The notes under the pieces are model-generated. The model had not been told where the DNA came from. It searched no databases and saw only the letters and a list, made by a program, of their open reading frames with translations. A stretch of 64,000 nucleotides of DNA from an uncultured Actinomycetes bacterium (GTDB lineage Bacteria; Actinomycetota; Thermoleophilia; UBA2241): contig CAVRZA010000011.1 of assembly GCA_963725665.1 (NCBI GenBank), forward strand, positions 288,001-352,000, in the 5' to 3' direction. How positions within the stretch are numbered: position 1 is the first letter of the stretch; each line of letters opens with the position of its first letter. Positions 1-9,200 of the stretch are shown here, in pieces. The position numbers and the translations under genes are program-made.

Positions 1-167
1 GGCCTCGTGTCGAGGAAGAAGAGGAGGGTCTTGACGACCTCAACGAGTGGGACCCCGAGGAGATCTGCGGCGCGCTTGGCGGTGTCGGCCAGCGCCGGCA
101 GATGGATGATCTCGTGCGCCACGCCCTCTTCGTGCAGGAAGTTGTGGACGTCGGTGCACGACCTCAT
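1..167 (-). CDS. YbaK/EbsC family aminoacyl-tRNA deacylase (5' part, runs off the window)
   Basis: Manual translation from ATG at 167: MRSCTDVHNFLHEEGVAHEIIHLPALADTAKRAADLLGVPLVEVVKTLLFF, with the YbaK-like 'TA..AA..LGV....VVKTLL' pattern; AAGGAG upstream. Confidence 0.75.
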   Translation of the reverse strand, partial: MRSCTDVHNFLHEEGVAHEIIHLPALADTAKRAADLLGVPLVEVVKTLLFFLDTR

Positions 168-303
168 GGGCGTCGTTCCTACTCCTTGCGTGGGGGATTT
201 GAGTCTACCACTCGGCGGCCGTTCGACCCACACGCACCCGTTGCCGCGGACCGCCGCGGCGGATGCGCTTGTACGGCCCCACCGGGCCGCCTACGATCAC
301 TCT

Positions 304-996
304 ATGAGCGCCCGCCCGCGCATCGGACACCGCACGCGGCTCGCCGCCGATCTCCTGCTCGTCGTCGGCGGCCTCGTTCTGGCCTTCCCCTTCTGGTCGG
401 CCGCCTACGCGCGCTACCAGCAGGGACGCCTGGAGCGCACCTACGCGGCGCGCGCCGCCGCCTTCGACACGGCGGCGCGCGCCGCGTCGGCCGCGACCCA
501 GGCGCAACGGGACCCGGAGGCGCGCATGCAGCGTCTGGCGAACCTCTACCGCCACCAGACGAAGCCGGGCGAGCCGATAGGGCGCCTGCTCATCCCCCGC
601 CTCGGGATCAACGTGATCGTCACGCAAGGATCGACGGGGCGGGGCAGCCTCAACCCGCGCAGCGACGTGAATTATCTTCGCGGCGGGCCCGTGCACTACG
701 GCGTGACGCCGCTGCCCGGGCAGGGGCAGCCCTTCGCCGTCGCCGGCCACCGCACGACCTACGGGGCGCCTTTCTACCGCCTCGATCGGCTGCGCCACGG
801 CGACCAGATCGTCGTCATCATGCCGTACGGTCGCTTCACCTACCGCGTGACCAAGCTCACCCGGGTGCGCTCCTCTGACGTGACCGTGCTCGCCGACCGC
901 GGCTACGGCCTCGTGCTGACGACCTGCGACCCGCCCTACAGCGCCGCCCGCCGCCTGATCGTCTGGGGAAGGTCGACCGGGTTCACGTTCAGGTAG
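304..996 (+). CDS. Sortase (class E-like)
   Basis: N-terminal TM segment; AGHRTTYGAPF, LTTC and RLIV motifs give the His/Cys/Arg triad. ATG at 304 lies 6 nt after a TACGAT -10 element. Confidence 0.9.
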   Translation: MSARPRIGHRTRLAADLLLVVGGLVLAFPFWSAAYARYQQGRLERTYAARAAAFDTAARAASAATQAQRDPEARMQRLANLYRHQTKPGEPIGRLLIPRLGINVIVTQGSTGRGSLNPRSDVNYLRGGPVHYGVTPLPGQGQPFAVAGHRTTYGAPFYRLDRLRHGDQIVVIMPYGRFTYRVTKLTRVRSSDVTVLADRGYGLVLTTCDPPYSAARRLIVWGRSTGFTFR

Positions 997-1011
997 GGGC
1001 GCCCTCCCCCG

Positions 1012-2238
1012 TCAGTCGGGGTACGGCGGGCGCTGCGCGCTCGAACCAGCCAGCAGCATCACCGTGAACGGCGTGCCCGCCGGGCCGCCGCTGAAGCCGG
1101 ACGGCACGAAGCAGAGCCCGTTGGCGAGGGCCATCGAGCGCAGGATCCCCGACCCCTGGGGCCCGGTGGTGGAGAAGGTCCAGGCGCCGTCGCGCACCTC
1201 GACGCGGCAGCGGCGCGCCTCCACGCGGCCCTTCGCTGGGGCCACAGGCTCCTCCGAGAGGGCGGTGCAATGGAGGCGGTAGATCTCCGCTCTCCCCTGC
1301 ATCGCGAGCAGCGCCGGGCGGACGTAGAGCTCGAAGCAAACCATCGCGGCCACGGGGTTGCCCGGCACGCCGAAGACGAGGGTCGCACCTTTCGTCCCGA
1401 ACGAGATCGGCTTGCCCGGCTTGACGCGCACGCCCCAGAAGCCGCGCTCCACGCCGAGCTCGTCCTGCACCTCCTTGACGAAGTCGAACTCGCCCACCGA
1501 GACGCCGCCCGACGTGATGGCTACGTCCTCCTCGAGCGCGCGGGCGACGAGGCGGCGCGTCTCCTCACGGTGGTCGCGCGCGATCCCCAGCAGCACCGGC
1601 TCGCCGCCGGCCCGCAGCACCTGGCCGTAGGCGGTGTAGGAGTTGGAGTTGCGGATCTGCCCCGGACCAACGGGCTCCCCGGGAGGGACCAGCTCGCTGC
1701 CGGTGGCGAGGATGGCCACGCGCGGGCGCCGCGCCACGCGCACGCGGTCGCAGCCCAGCGAGGCCAGCAGGCCTATCTCGGCCGGCCCCAGGCCCTGACC
1801 GTGCGCGAACACCGTCTCGCCGCGGCGCAGGTCCTCGCCGGCCGCGCGCACGTTGGCGGCGGGCGCGACCGTGTCGCGCAGCGACACGGTCGCGCCCGCC
1901 GCCTCCGTCAACTCCACCTGCACCACCGTGTCGGAGCCCTCGGGCAGCGGCGCCCCGGTCATGATCTTGGCCGCCTGCCCCGGCGCCAGACGCACCTGCG
2001 AGACGTAGCCCGCCGGCACCTCGTCGACGAGGATGAACTCGCGCACGCCGGCGCGCAGGTCCTCGCCGCGCACGGCGAACCCGTCCATCGCGGAGTTCGC
2101 AAACGGCGGCACGTCCTCGCGCGCGACGATCTTTTCGGCCAGCGTCCGGCCCAGGGCAGCGAGCAGGTCGACCTCCTCGTCGCCCACCGGCCGCACCGCC
2201 GCCAGCACTCGTCCTACCGCCTCATCGATGCCGATCAC
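1012..2238 (-). CDS. moeA: Molybdopterin molybdotransferase MoeA
   Basis: PPFANSAMDGFA, IMTGAPLP, TSGGVSVG, KPGKP and GVPGNPVA motifs; start taken at GTG 2238. Confidence 0.95.
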   Translation of the reverse strand: MIGIDEAVGRVLAAVRPVGDEEVDLLAALGRTLAEKIVAREDVPPFANSAMDGFAVRGEDLRAGVREFILVDEVPAGYVSQVRLAPGQAAKIMTGAPLPEGSDTVVQVELTEAAGATVSLRDTVAPAANVRAAGEDLRRGETVFAHGQGLGPAEIGLLASLGCDRVRVARRPRVAILATGSELVPPGEPVGPGQIRNSNSYTAYGQVLRAGGEPVLLGIARDHREETRRLVARALEEDVAITSGGVSVGEFDFVKEVQDELGVERGFWGVRVKPGKPISFGTKGATLVFGVPGNPVAAMVCFELYVRPALLAMQGRAEIYRLHCTALSEEPVAPAKGRVEARRCRVEVRDGAWTFSTTGPQGSGILRSMALANGLCFVPSGFSGGPAGTPFTVMLLAGSSAQRPPYPD

Positions 2239-2301
2239 GCTGTCCTCTCTTTCTCCATCCGGGGCGCGCAACGCGCAGTCTCGCCTGCTTACGCGCATTC
2301 G

Positions 2302-2329
2302 TAAAGCCCGCCTCAGCGCGCCCCGATAG
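2302..2329 (+). promoter_or_regulatory. sigma28 (FliA/SigD/WhiG)-type promoter
   Basis: TAAA(2302)-N16-CCCGATAG(2322-2329), against the consensus TAAA-N15/16-GCCGATA; directly upstream of the FlgM-like gene. Confidence 0.6.
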
Positions 2330-2347
2330 TCATTCCCGGAGACCTTC

Positions 2348-2596
2348 GTGTTGAGCGAGCGAGACAACGATCAGGAGCCCGACCGCCGCGGCAGGGACGA
2401 AGAAGGCCCGCCGGAGCGGGCCCAGTCACCTCCGGTTGACCCGGCGACGGCGTACGCCTTGCGGCGCCAGAAGCGTATCCGGCGCCTCAAGGAGCTGGTC
2501 CAGGAGGCCGACTACGACGTGCCCGCCGACGAGGTGGCGGCGCGCATCATCCGCGACGCCCTCTTCGGCGCTCCTGACGCCGATGAGCCCAGCTGA
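2348..2596 (+). CDS. FlgM-like anti-sigma28 factor
   Basis: 82 aa with a disordered N-terminus and C-terminal 'RQKRIRRLKELVQEADYDVPADEVAARII', matching the FlgM pattern R..kv..lk..i..G.Y.vd...iA..i. Confidence 0.65.
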   Translation: MLSERDNDQEPDRRGRDEEGPPERAQSPPVDPATAYALRRQKRIRRLKELVQEADYDVPADEVAARIIRDALFGAPDADEPS

Positions 2597-3002
2597 GGAG
2601 CAGCGCCACAGTCGCCACGCCGCAGACGTCGAGCGCGAAGTCGCGCAGGTCGGCAGACCGGTACGGCAAGGGGAACTGCACCGCCTCGATGAGCAGGCCG
2701 TAGCCCACGCCCGCCGCGACACCGACGAGGAGTCCCTCCGTCCAGCCGCGCCGCCGGCTCTGGCTCCAGGCCACGGCGACGAGCGCCGTGAAGATGCCGA
2801 ACTCGGCGAAGTGCCCCAGCCCCGCCATCCACGACCAGTCGTCGCTCTCGGCGAAGCCGAAGACCCACCCGACCGGCACGACCGAGACGATGAGCACGAT
2901 CGCCGCCCACAGGGCCCAGCCGTTGCGCACGATCCAGCGCGCGGGACGATCGACTGCGGGCTCGAGCTCGCGCCGGCTGGCGTGCGACGAGAGGCCGACC
3001 AC
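2547..3002 (-). CDS. VanZ family membrane protein
   Basis: GHFAEFGIF ... IEAVQFPLPYRSADLRDFALD is the VanZ H..E / E..Q...P.R..D..D signature; start uncertain. Confidence 0.8.
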   Translation of the reverse strand: MVGLSSHASRRELEPAVDRPARWIVRNGWALWAAIVLIVSVVPVGWVFGFAESDDWSWMAGLGHFAEFGIFTALVAVAWSQSRRRGWTEGLLVGVAAGVGYGLLIEAVQFPLPYRSADLRDFALDVCGVATVALLLSWAHRRQERRRGRRG

Positions 3003-3761
3003 CTAGGCGTCCCCGGCTGGACCGGCGAAAGCTTCGTCGGAGGCGAAGACGACAACGAGGACCTCTCCCTCGAGCGCGTCGACCCGGGCGCCGGCCTGCC
3101 GCACCGCGTTGCTCACGCCGAGGCAGACGTCTGCCCGCAACACGCCCTCCGTGAGCGGATACTCCAGACCCGTCAGGGTCACCACAGCGGTGTCACTCAG
3201 ACACAGGAGCGAGACGCGCGTGCCCACCGGCGACGACAGCGCGATCCGCGCCGGGGCGCACAGCGCGGCGACCGAGAGGGAGGGGGCGAGGAGCCGTGCT
3301 GCGGCGCCTCGCCGGGCGAGGAGCCGCAGCACGGCCACGTTGCCCAGCTCGTGGTCGAGGGCGCCGCCCGACGCGCCCATGAGGTCGATCGCGGCGCAGC
3401 CGCGCGCCAGCGCCAGGGCGACCGCGGCCTCGGCGTCGGTCTCGTCCTTGCGCACCGGCAGCCTCACGATCTCGACGCCCTCCGCTGCGGCGGCTGCCAG
3501 GGCCTCGCCGGGGAGCGAGTCGAAGTCGCCGACGAGCACCTCCGGCCGCAGGTCCAGAGCGCGCAGGGCCGCGTAGCCGCCGTCGGCGGCGATGCGCAGG
3601 TCGGCCACGGCGAAGCGCCTCGTGTAGAACTCATCGTGACCCGCCGGGTAGTCCCCGTTGAGGAAGACCGCGGCGCGGCACTTCTTCAGGGGGGCACCCC
3701 GTCCGCGTTCGTCGGCGCCGGCGGGCTCACCCGCCGGCGCCGCCCCCGCATCGCCCCTCAC
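3003..3761 (-). CDS. thiN: Thiamine diphosphokinase
   Basis: AADGG, VGDFDS, KDETDAEAA, GASGGALDHELGN and LGVSN motifs. GTG start overlaps the thiT stop (GTGA). Confidence 0.9.
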   Translation of the reverse strand: MRGDAGAAPAGEPAGADERGRGAPLKKCRAAVFLNGDYPAGHDEFYTRRFAVADLRIAADGGYAALRALDLRPEVLVGDFDSLPGEALAAAAAEGVEIVRLPVRKDETDAEAAVALALARGCAAIDLMGASGGALDHELGNVAVLRLLARRGAAARLLAPSLSVAALCAPARIALSSPVGTRVSLLCLSDTAVVTLTGLEYPLTEGVLRADVCLGVSNAVRQAGARVDALEGEVLVVVFASDEAFAGPAGDA

Positions 3762-4439
3762 CACGCCCCGCCGGCGATGTGGGGCGTCCCGAAGGCGGCG
3801 TCGTATGCCTTGAGCAAGGGCCAGAGCACGATCGCCGTGACGATCGCCTCGGGCACGAGATACAGGAGGTTGTAGGTGATCGAGTACAGCCACGGAGCCT
3901 CCCACGACGGCGCGTACGAGGCGAAGTAGATGAGGCCCGAGAGGAAGTGGAAGAAGAACCGCGCACCGGTCCCGAGCAGCACCGCCGGCACGAGGGACAC
4001 GATGGCTCGAGCCGCACCGTCGAACCAGCTCCTGCGGTTTCCCGGCCTCCTCCGTCGCGACGTCGGTCCTCACCGGTACGAGACCCGCGAGGCCGACCGC
4101 GGCGAACGCCAGCGGGTAGTCCAAGAGCGCCTGCAGCGGGTGGTAGACGAAGGCGCCAGGGAGCACGAGCTGCACGACGCCGTAGACGGCCCCCGTCGCC
4201 ACCCCGGGGCCAAGGCCGCGCCGAATGGCCACAAAGAGGATGGGGAGCATCTCGAGGCTCACCGACCCGCCCTGCGGCATCGTCCACACACGCACGAGGC
4301 CGAGCACCGCAGCGAGGGCCACGGCGACGCCCATCTCAGCGATGGCGGGGACGCCCCAGGAGCGCGGGTCGATGTTGAGCCGCGCGCGCATGCGCACGCC
4401 GATAGGCGCTCGGGGGGCTGGCACGGACGACGATGTCAC
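3758..4439 (-). CDS. thiT: Energy-coupled thiamine transporter S component ThiT (frameshift near 4037)
   Basis: MPQGGSVSL, RRG...G, Q.LLDYPLAF in one frame; RFFFHFLSG.IYFASYAP...WLYS..YN in the next frame. TPP riboswitch upstream. Confidence 0.85.
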
Positions 4440-4444
4440 GGCGA

Positions 4445-4568
4445 TCTCCCTTCGCTGGCATTACCCAGCGGCGTCGCGGGCGGCGCCGCCACCCTCAAGG
4501 TGGTCAGGTACTGCGCGTCGGCGCTAGGAAGCGCCCTCTCAGCCCCTCTCCACAGGAGCTCCGCAGGT
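4445..4568 (-). ncRNA. TPP riboswitch (variant with an insertion between J4/5 and P5)
   Basis: Minus strand: CTGCG-GAGCTCCT..AGGGGCTGAGAG-GGCGCT..AGCGCC-GACGCGCAG-TACCTGA-[35 nt]-CTGGGTAATGCCAG-CGAAGGGAG. TAGAAT -10 at 4576-4581. The GGGAG doubles as the SD of thiT. Confidence 0.9.
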
Positions 4569-4644
4569 ACTCGGATTCTACCCTCCCCGCGGCGCTCCAC
4601 AACGTGTCGCGTTTCAGCTCCCGCCGATGACCCCCCGAGACGCC

Positions 4645-4974
4645 TGTGGAAACTGTGGACAATCGCCGTTTGCGGTGCTGACCAGGCTCGCGGCCACAGT
4701 GGATAACGCATTGACGGCGACCGATGTTGCGCGCCGTCTCGTGCGGCGCGGCACAATCCCTCAGAATTCGCGCTGTGCAGGCATCTTCGTCTGCAAGAAG
4801 GTCCTTGACAAACCCCGCCGCCGGACCTTCGAGCTCCGTCGCCGAGCGCCGCGGGCTGGTCGTCGCCACACAAGACGCGGCGAAAGCCCTCTATCCACAA
4901 GGGCTGCATCTGACGCTCCTCGGGCGTCGCACGGCGCGAGGCTTCTCCACAGATGTTGAAGACCCTGTGGATAA
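4645..4974. promoter_or_regulatory. DnaA-box cluster upstream of the dnaA operon (oriC left part)
   Basis: TGTGGAAAC 4645, TGTGGACAA 4654, AGTGGATAA 4698, CTATCCACA 4891, TTCTCCACA 4943, TGTGGATAA 4966 (perfect). Confidence 0.85.
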
Positions 4975-5064
4975 CCCCGCCCTTTCACCTGCTCAGCCGC
5001 TTTTCGCAGGGGACCTCGGAACGCGCCGGCGAGGAGCGGGGCGTCTGCTATACTGCTTGCCCCC

Positions 5065-5950
5065 ATGGAGTCCTTCCTCGACAGGCTGCTGGCCCAGCCG
5101 GCGGGTGATGTCGCCGCCCCCGCGACGGCGCCCGAGGTGACCGGAGAGCAGGCGGGGCCGGGCGACGACGACGAGAACGGGCGAGGTGGGCCGGCCGCCA
5201 CCGTGATGGCGGCGGGGCGGCCCGACCGGAGTCTTCCCCGGGGACCGGCGGCTCCGCGCATCGCCGTCTACGACACTCTCACCAGCCCGCCGCGCGTGAT
5301 CAGCGTCGAGGAGGGCGATCTGCCGGCGCTCATCGCCTCCCTGGCCGAGAAGACGTACCACTACTGCCGCGAACAGGGCGGCCATGTCCCCTACACGGTC
5401 ATCGGCGAGCTGATCGAGAACCTCATCCACGCCTACTTCCGCGACGTCGTCATCACCATCCTCGACGGCGGCCAGGTCATCCGCATCTCCGATCACGGCC
5501 CGGGCGTGAGCGACGCCGAGCGCGCCTTCCTGCCCGGCTTCACCACGGCCACGGCCGAGCAGCGCGCCTTCATCAAGGGCGTCGGCTCGGGGCTGCCCAT
5601 CGCGCGTGAGTCGCTGAGCTTCCTGCGCGGCGTCATCAGCGTCGAGGAGAACCTGGGCGGCGGCGCCGTGTTCACGATCAACCTGCCGCACGGCGCCGGC
5701 GCCCCGGCGCCGGCGCCGCCCGGCGCAGCCCGAGGTCAAGCTGACGAACCGGCAGACGAAGGTGCTGGTGCTGCTCATGGAGCTCGGCTCGGCTGGCCCC
5801 TCGGCCATCGCCCGGGAGCTCGGTGTCGCGCCCGCGACCGCGTTCCGCGACCTCGGTTTACTGGAGGAGAAGCGGTTGATATATTCCCTCGGCGACGGGA
5901 AGCGAGCCCTGACCGAGGACGGGATAGACCTCCTCGACAGCATCATCTAG
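5065..5950 (+). CDS. GHKL (HATPase_c) ATPase with C-terminal winged HTH (frameshift near 5720)
   Basis: ELIENLIHA (N box), DHGPG (G1), GFTTA (F), GVGSGL (G2). The shifted frame continues PEVKLTNRQTKVLVLLMELGSAGPSAIARELGVAPATAFRDL (wHTH). Extended -10 TGcTATACT at 5046-5054. Confidence 0.75.
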
Positions 5951-6005
5951 ACGTCCCCCCGGCAGCGATCGCCGCGTCGTCCCACGAGCGAGCCGGAAGA
6001 CCGCA

Positions 6006-7490
6006 GTGACGTCGATCGACGATCAGTTGACACTAGTCTGGGAGGAGGCGAAAGCGCACCTCCGAGGCCAGGTCAACGACGCCACCTTCCGCCTCTGGTT
6101 CGAACGCACCGTGCCCGTTTCGATGAGCGAGGGGACATTCGTCATCGGCGCGGCCAACGGGTTCGCGAGGGAGTGGCTCGAGAGCCGCTTCGGCGAGAAG
6201 GTCCGCCGCGCCGTGGCCGAGGTCCTGGGGGCCGATGTCACCATACGCGTGGTCGTCGACGAGCGGGCCGCCGCGATCGACCCCCACCGCCCCGCCGAGG
6301 CCGGCGAGGCGGACGCCGCGCCGCGACCCGCAGGGTCGCACCGGGGTGCGCATGAGCATGAAGACCCCGCGACCGCCGAGGCCGGGTCGTCGGCCGCGCT
6401 GGCCGCGGCCTCCAGCGACGGCGACCTCCGCGCGTCGCGGCCGACCGACGCCCGTGGCCTCAACCCTCGCTACGTCTTCGAGCGCTTCGTCGTCGGTCCG
6501 CACAACGAGTACGCGACGGCCGTCGCTCGCAGCGTCGCCGAGTCGCCGGCCACCGCCTACAACCCCGTGTTCATCTACGCGGGCACAGGTCTCGGCAAGA
6601 CTCACCTCATCCAGGCCATCGCCCACGAGACGATCGCCCGTCACGCCACCCTGCGCGTCAAGTACGTCACCGTCGAGCAGTTCACCGATGAGTTCATCAA
6701 CGCCGTGACGGAGAAGGGGCGCATCGAGGGCTTCAAGCAGAAGTACCGCACCAACGACGTCCTGTTGATAGACGACGTCCAGTTCTTGGCCGAGAAGCAG
6801 CAGACCCAGGTCGAGTTCTTTCACACGTTCAATTTTCTCTATGAAGCGCACAAGCAGATCGTCATCACCTCCGACCGTCCGCCGCGTGAGCTCGAGGAGC
6901 TTGAGGAGCGGCTGCGCTCCCGCTTCGGTCAGGGGATCGTCGTCGACATCGGCCGCCCCGACCTCGAGACGCGCATCGCCATCCTGCGCAAGCAGGTCAA
7001 ATGGGAGGGCTTGAAGGTACAGGAGCAGGAGGTCCTCGAGTTCATCGCCGGACGTGTCTCCACCAACATCCGAGAGCTAGAGGGGGCGCTGACGCGCGTC
7101 GTCGGCTTCGCTTCGGTCGCTGGTGTGCCCGTGACGGTCGAGGTCGCGCGTGAAGCGCTCAAAGGACTCCTGCCGCAGGCTTACGAGCACCCCGTGACGG
7201 TCGACGCCATCCAGGGCGAGGTCGCGCGCCAGTTCGGCTGCTACGTCAGCGACCTGCGCGGCGACCGGCGCAGCCAGGATATCGCCTACGCGCGCCAGAT
7301 CGCCATGTACCTGGCGCGCGAGCTCACGGACATGTCGCTGCCCCAGATCGGCGACCGCTTCGGCGGCCGCGACCACACCACCGTCCTGTACGCCGTCAAC
7401 AAGATCAAGCGCCTGCTCAACGACGACCATGACCGCCAGCTCCACGAACTCATCCAGCTCCTCACCTCACGGCTGAAGGCGGCGCGCTGA
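6006..7490 (+). CDS. dnaA: Chromosomal replication initiator DnaA
   Basis: [50 protein letters not shown]. Confidence 0.98.
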   Translation: MTSIDDQLTLVWEEAKAHLRGQVNDATFRLWFERTVPVSMSEGTFVIGAANGFAREWLESRFGEKVRRAVAEVLGADVTIRVVVDERAAAIDPHRPAEAGEADAAPRPAGSHRGAHEHEDPATAEAGSSAALAAASSDGDLRASRPTDARGLNPRYVFERFVVGPHNEYATAVARSVAESPATAYNPVFIYAGTGLGKTHLIQAIAHETIARHATLRVKYVTVEQFTDEFINAVTEKGRIEGFKQKYRTNDVLLIDDVQFLAEKQQTQVEFFHTFNFLYEAHKQIVITSDRPPRELEELEERLRSRFGQGIVVDIGRPDLETRIAILRKQVKWEGLKVQEQEVLEFIAGRVSTNIRELEGALTRVVGFASVAGVPVTVEVAREALKGLLPQAYEHPVTVDAIQGEVARQFGCYVSDLRGDRRSQDIAYARQIAMYLARELTDMSLPQIGDRFGGRDHTTVLYAVNKIKRLLNDDHDRQLHELIQLLTSRLKAAR

Positions 7491-7788
7491 CGGCCTCGTG
7501 TCGGCCGACTGACGACCCTGTGCGTCGGCGTGGGGGACAAGCTGTTGACAACAGCCGCTGTGGTGGTGGAGACATTCACAAACCGCACGCCGACCGACTA
7601 TGCTTTGCGTCGGTGAGGGGTAAGCAGCTGCTGAGACGCCTGCACTCGGTGAACGTTCCGTCCACACCACTCTCCAGAGGCGACTCACCCTCAGGTGCAG
7701 CCGGAACGACCGGGGTCCACAGAGTACACAGGGGCTATGACGACGACGAGGAGAGATACTTCTCTCTTAAGAATGATAAGGAGCTGGG
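7491..7788. promoter_or_regulatory. oriC core in the dnaA-dnaN gap, with tandem DnaA boxes, GC spacer and DnaA-trio-like repeats
   Basis: Degenerate boxes (TGTTGACAA, CCGTCCACA), then GGGTCCACA(7713)-GAGTACACA(7722)-GGGGC-TAT GAC GAC GAC GAG GAG(7736-7753), followed by an AT-richer stretch. Confidence 0.75.
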
Positions 7789-8889
7789 ATGAGATTCACC
7801 TGTGACCGCGCGACGCTGGTCGAGAAGCTCAACGTCCTTGCCCGCGGAGTCTCGGCGCGCAGCGCGCTGCCCGTGCTCTCAGGAATCCTCCTCCAGGCAC
7901 ACGACGGTCTCCTTGAGCTGTACTCGACCGACATGGAGCTCTCGATTAAAGCGACCCTTGAGACGGGTGTCGAGGGCGAAGGTGACCTGGTCGTGCCGGC
8001 ACGTCTGTTCACCGACGTCGTGAAGAGCCTGCCGGGCGACGAAGTCGTCATCGAATCGAGCGAGGGCTCGGTCAAGGTGTCGGCCGGCAAGGGCGTGTTC
8101 TCTCTCAACTCGTGGGTCGCGAGCGACTTTCCGCAGACCTCAAGCTTCGACACGGAGGGGGGCTTCGCCGTGGGGCGGGAGCCCTTCATTGAGACACTTG
8201 AGAAAGTGGGGCGCGCGGCCTCGCGCGACGAGACGAGGCCGATCCTCACTGGTGTGCTTGTGACGATCGGCGGCGGTACGCTGAAGATGGTGGCGACCGA
8301 CAGTTACCGGCTGAGCGTAAAGGAGACGCACCTCGAGGGTGGGCCGTCCGACGAGGTCGAGGCGATCGTGCCGGTGAAGGCGTTGAACGAAGTGGCGCGC
8401 CTCGCGGCGACGACTGGTGAGGGCGACATCCAGGTGGCCGTCACCGAGAACCAGGCGCTCTTCAGCCTGGGCGACGTGTGGGTGGCGACGAGGCTGATCG
8501 ACGGTCAGTTCCCCAACTACCGCCAGCTCCTCCCCGAGAGCTTCGACCACAGCATCGCCGTAGACCGAGAAGAGATTCTGGCGGTGGCCCGCCGGGTAAG
8601 CCTACTGGCGCAGAAGAACGCACCGCTACGACTCAGCTTCGCGCCGGGTACGCTGACCATGCGAGCGGTCACACAGGATGTGGGCCAGGCAGAGGAAGAG
8701 CTCGCGATCGAGTTCGGCGGCGAGGATTTCGAGATCGGCTTCAACCCCCTCTTCTTCATCGACGGTCTCGAAGGCGTCGGCGGCGAACAGGTCGTCCTGA
8801 AGTTCATCAACCCGTTGCGCCCTGGGCTCGTGACTGGGGCGGATGGTGGCTTCCTCTATCTGATCATGCCAATCAGGCTCAGCAGCTAG
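7789..8889 (+). CDS. dnaN: DNA polymerase III beta clamp
   Basis: STDMEL, RPILTGV, VATDSYRL, RLIDGQFPNY, IGFNP, YLIMPIRL. Confidence 0.98.
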   Translation: MRFTCDRATLVEKLNVLARGVSARSALPVLSGILLQAHDGLLELYSTDMELSIKATLETGVEGEGDLVVPARLFTDVVKSLPGDEVVIESSEGSVKVSAGKGVFSLNSWVASDFPQTSSFDTEGGFAVGREPFIETLEKVGRAASRDETRPILTGVLVTIGGGTLKMVATDSYRLSVKETHLEGGPSDEVEAIVPVKALNEVARLAATTGEGDIQVAVTENQALFSLGDVWVATRLIDGQFPNYRQLLPESFDHSIAVDREEILAVARRVSLLAQKNAPLRLSFAPGTLTMRAVTQDVGQAEEELAIEFGGEDFEIGFNPLFFIDGLEGVGGEQVVLKFINPLRPGLVTGADGGFLYLIMPIRLSS

Positions 8890-8953
8890 AGGCGGCGACG
8901 CGGCAGACGTTGCGTGCGGGGGCGTTCTCTCGGGAGTGCGCCGGGAGGTCAGC

Positions 8954-9175
8954 GTGGCGCGCGAGATAGCGATCCAAGGCCCCATCCCGTTGGGTTCCTT
9001 CGTCAAGCTCAGTGGCGCCGCGGCCACAGGAGGCGAGGCCAAGCGTCTCATCCAGGGCGGGGCCGTGCGCGTGAACGGCGAGGTCGAGCTGCGGCGCGGT
9101 CACGACGTCATCCCCGGTGACCTCGTGGAGTTCCGCGGCGAACAGTACATCGCGATCCGGGGCGACGCGCCCTGA
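8954..9175 (+). CDS. S4-domain protein YaaA/RlbA family
   Basis: I.LG.FVKL.G...TGGEAK..IQ.G.VRVNGEVE.RRG; GGGAGG SD before GTG 8954. Confidence 0.9.
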   Translation: MAREIAIQGPIPLGSFVKLSGAAATGGEAKRLIQGGAVRVNGEVELRRGHDVIPGDLVEFRGEQYIAIRGDAP

Positions 9176-9200
9176 GGCCCAAGGTACTGAGCGGACGGTC

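Noticed and set aside
3003-4439. Apparent 478-aa ThiT-ThiN fusion ORF
   Set aside because: Produced by the frameshift near 4037. The true ThiT C-terminus is in another frame with its own stop overlapping the thiN start.
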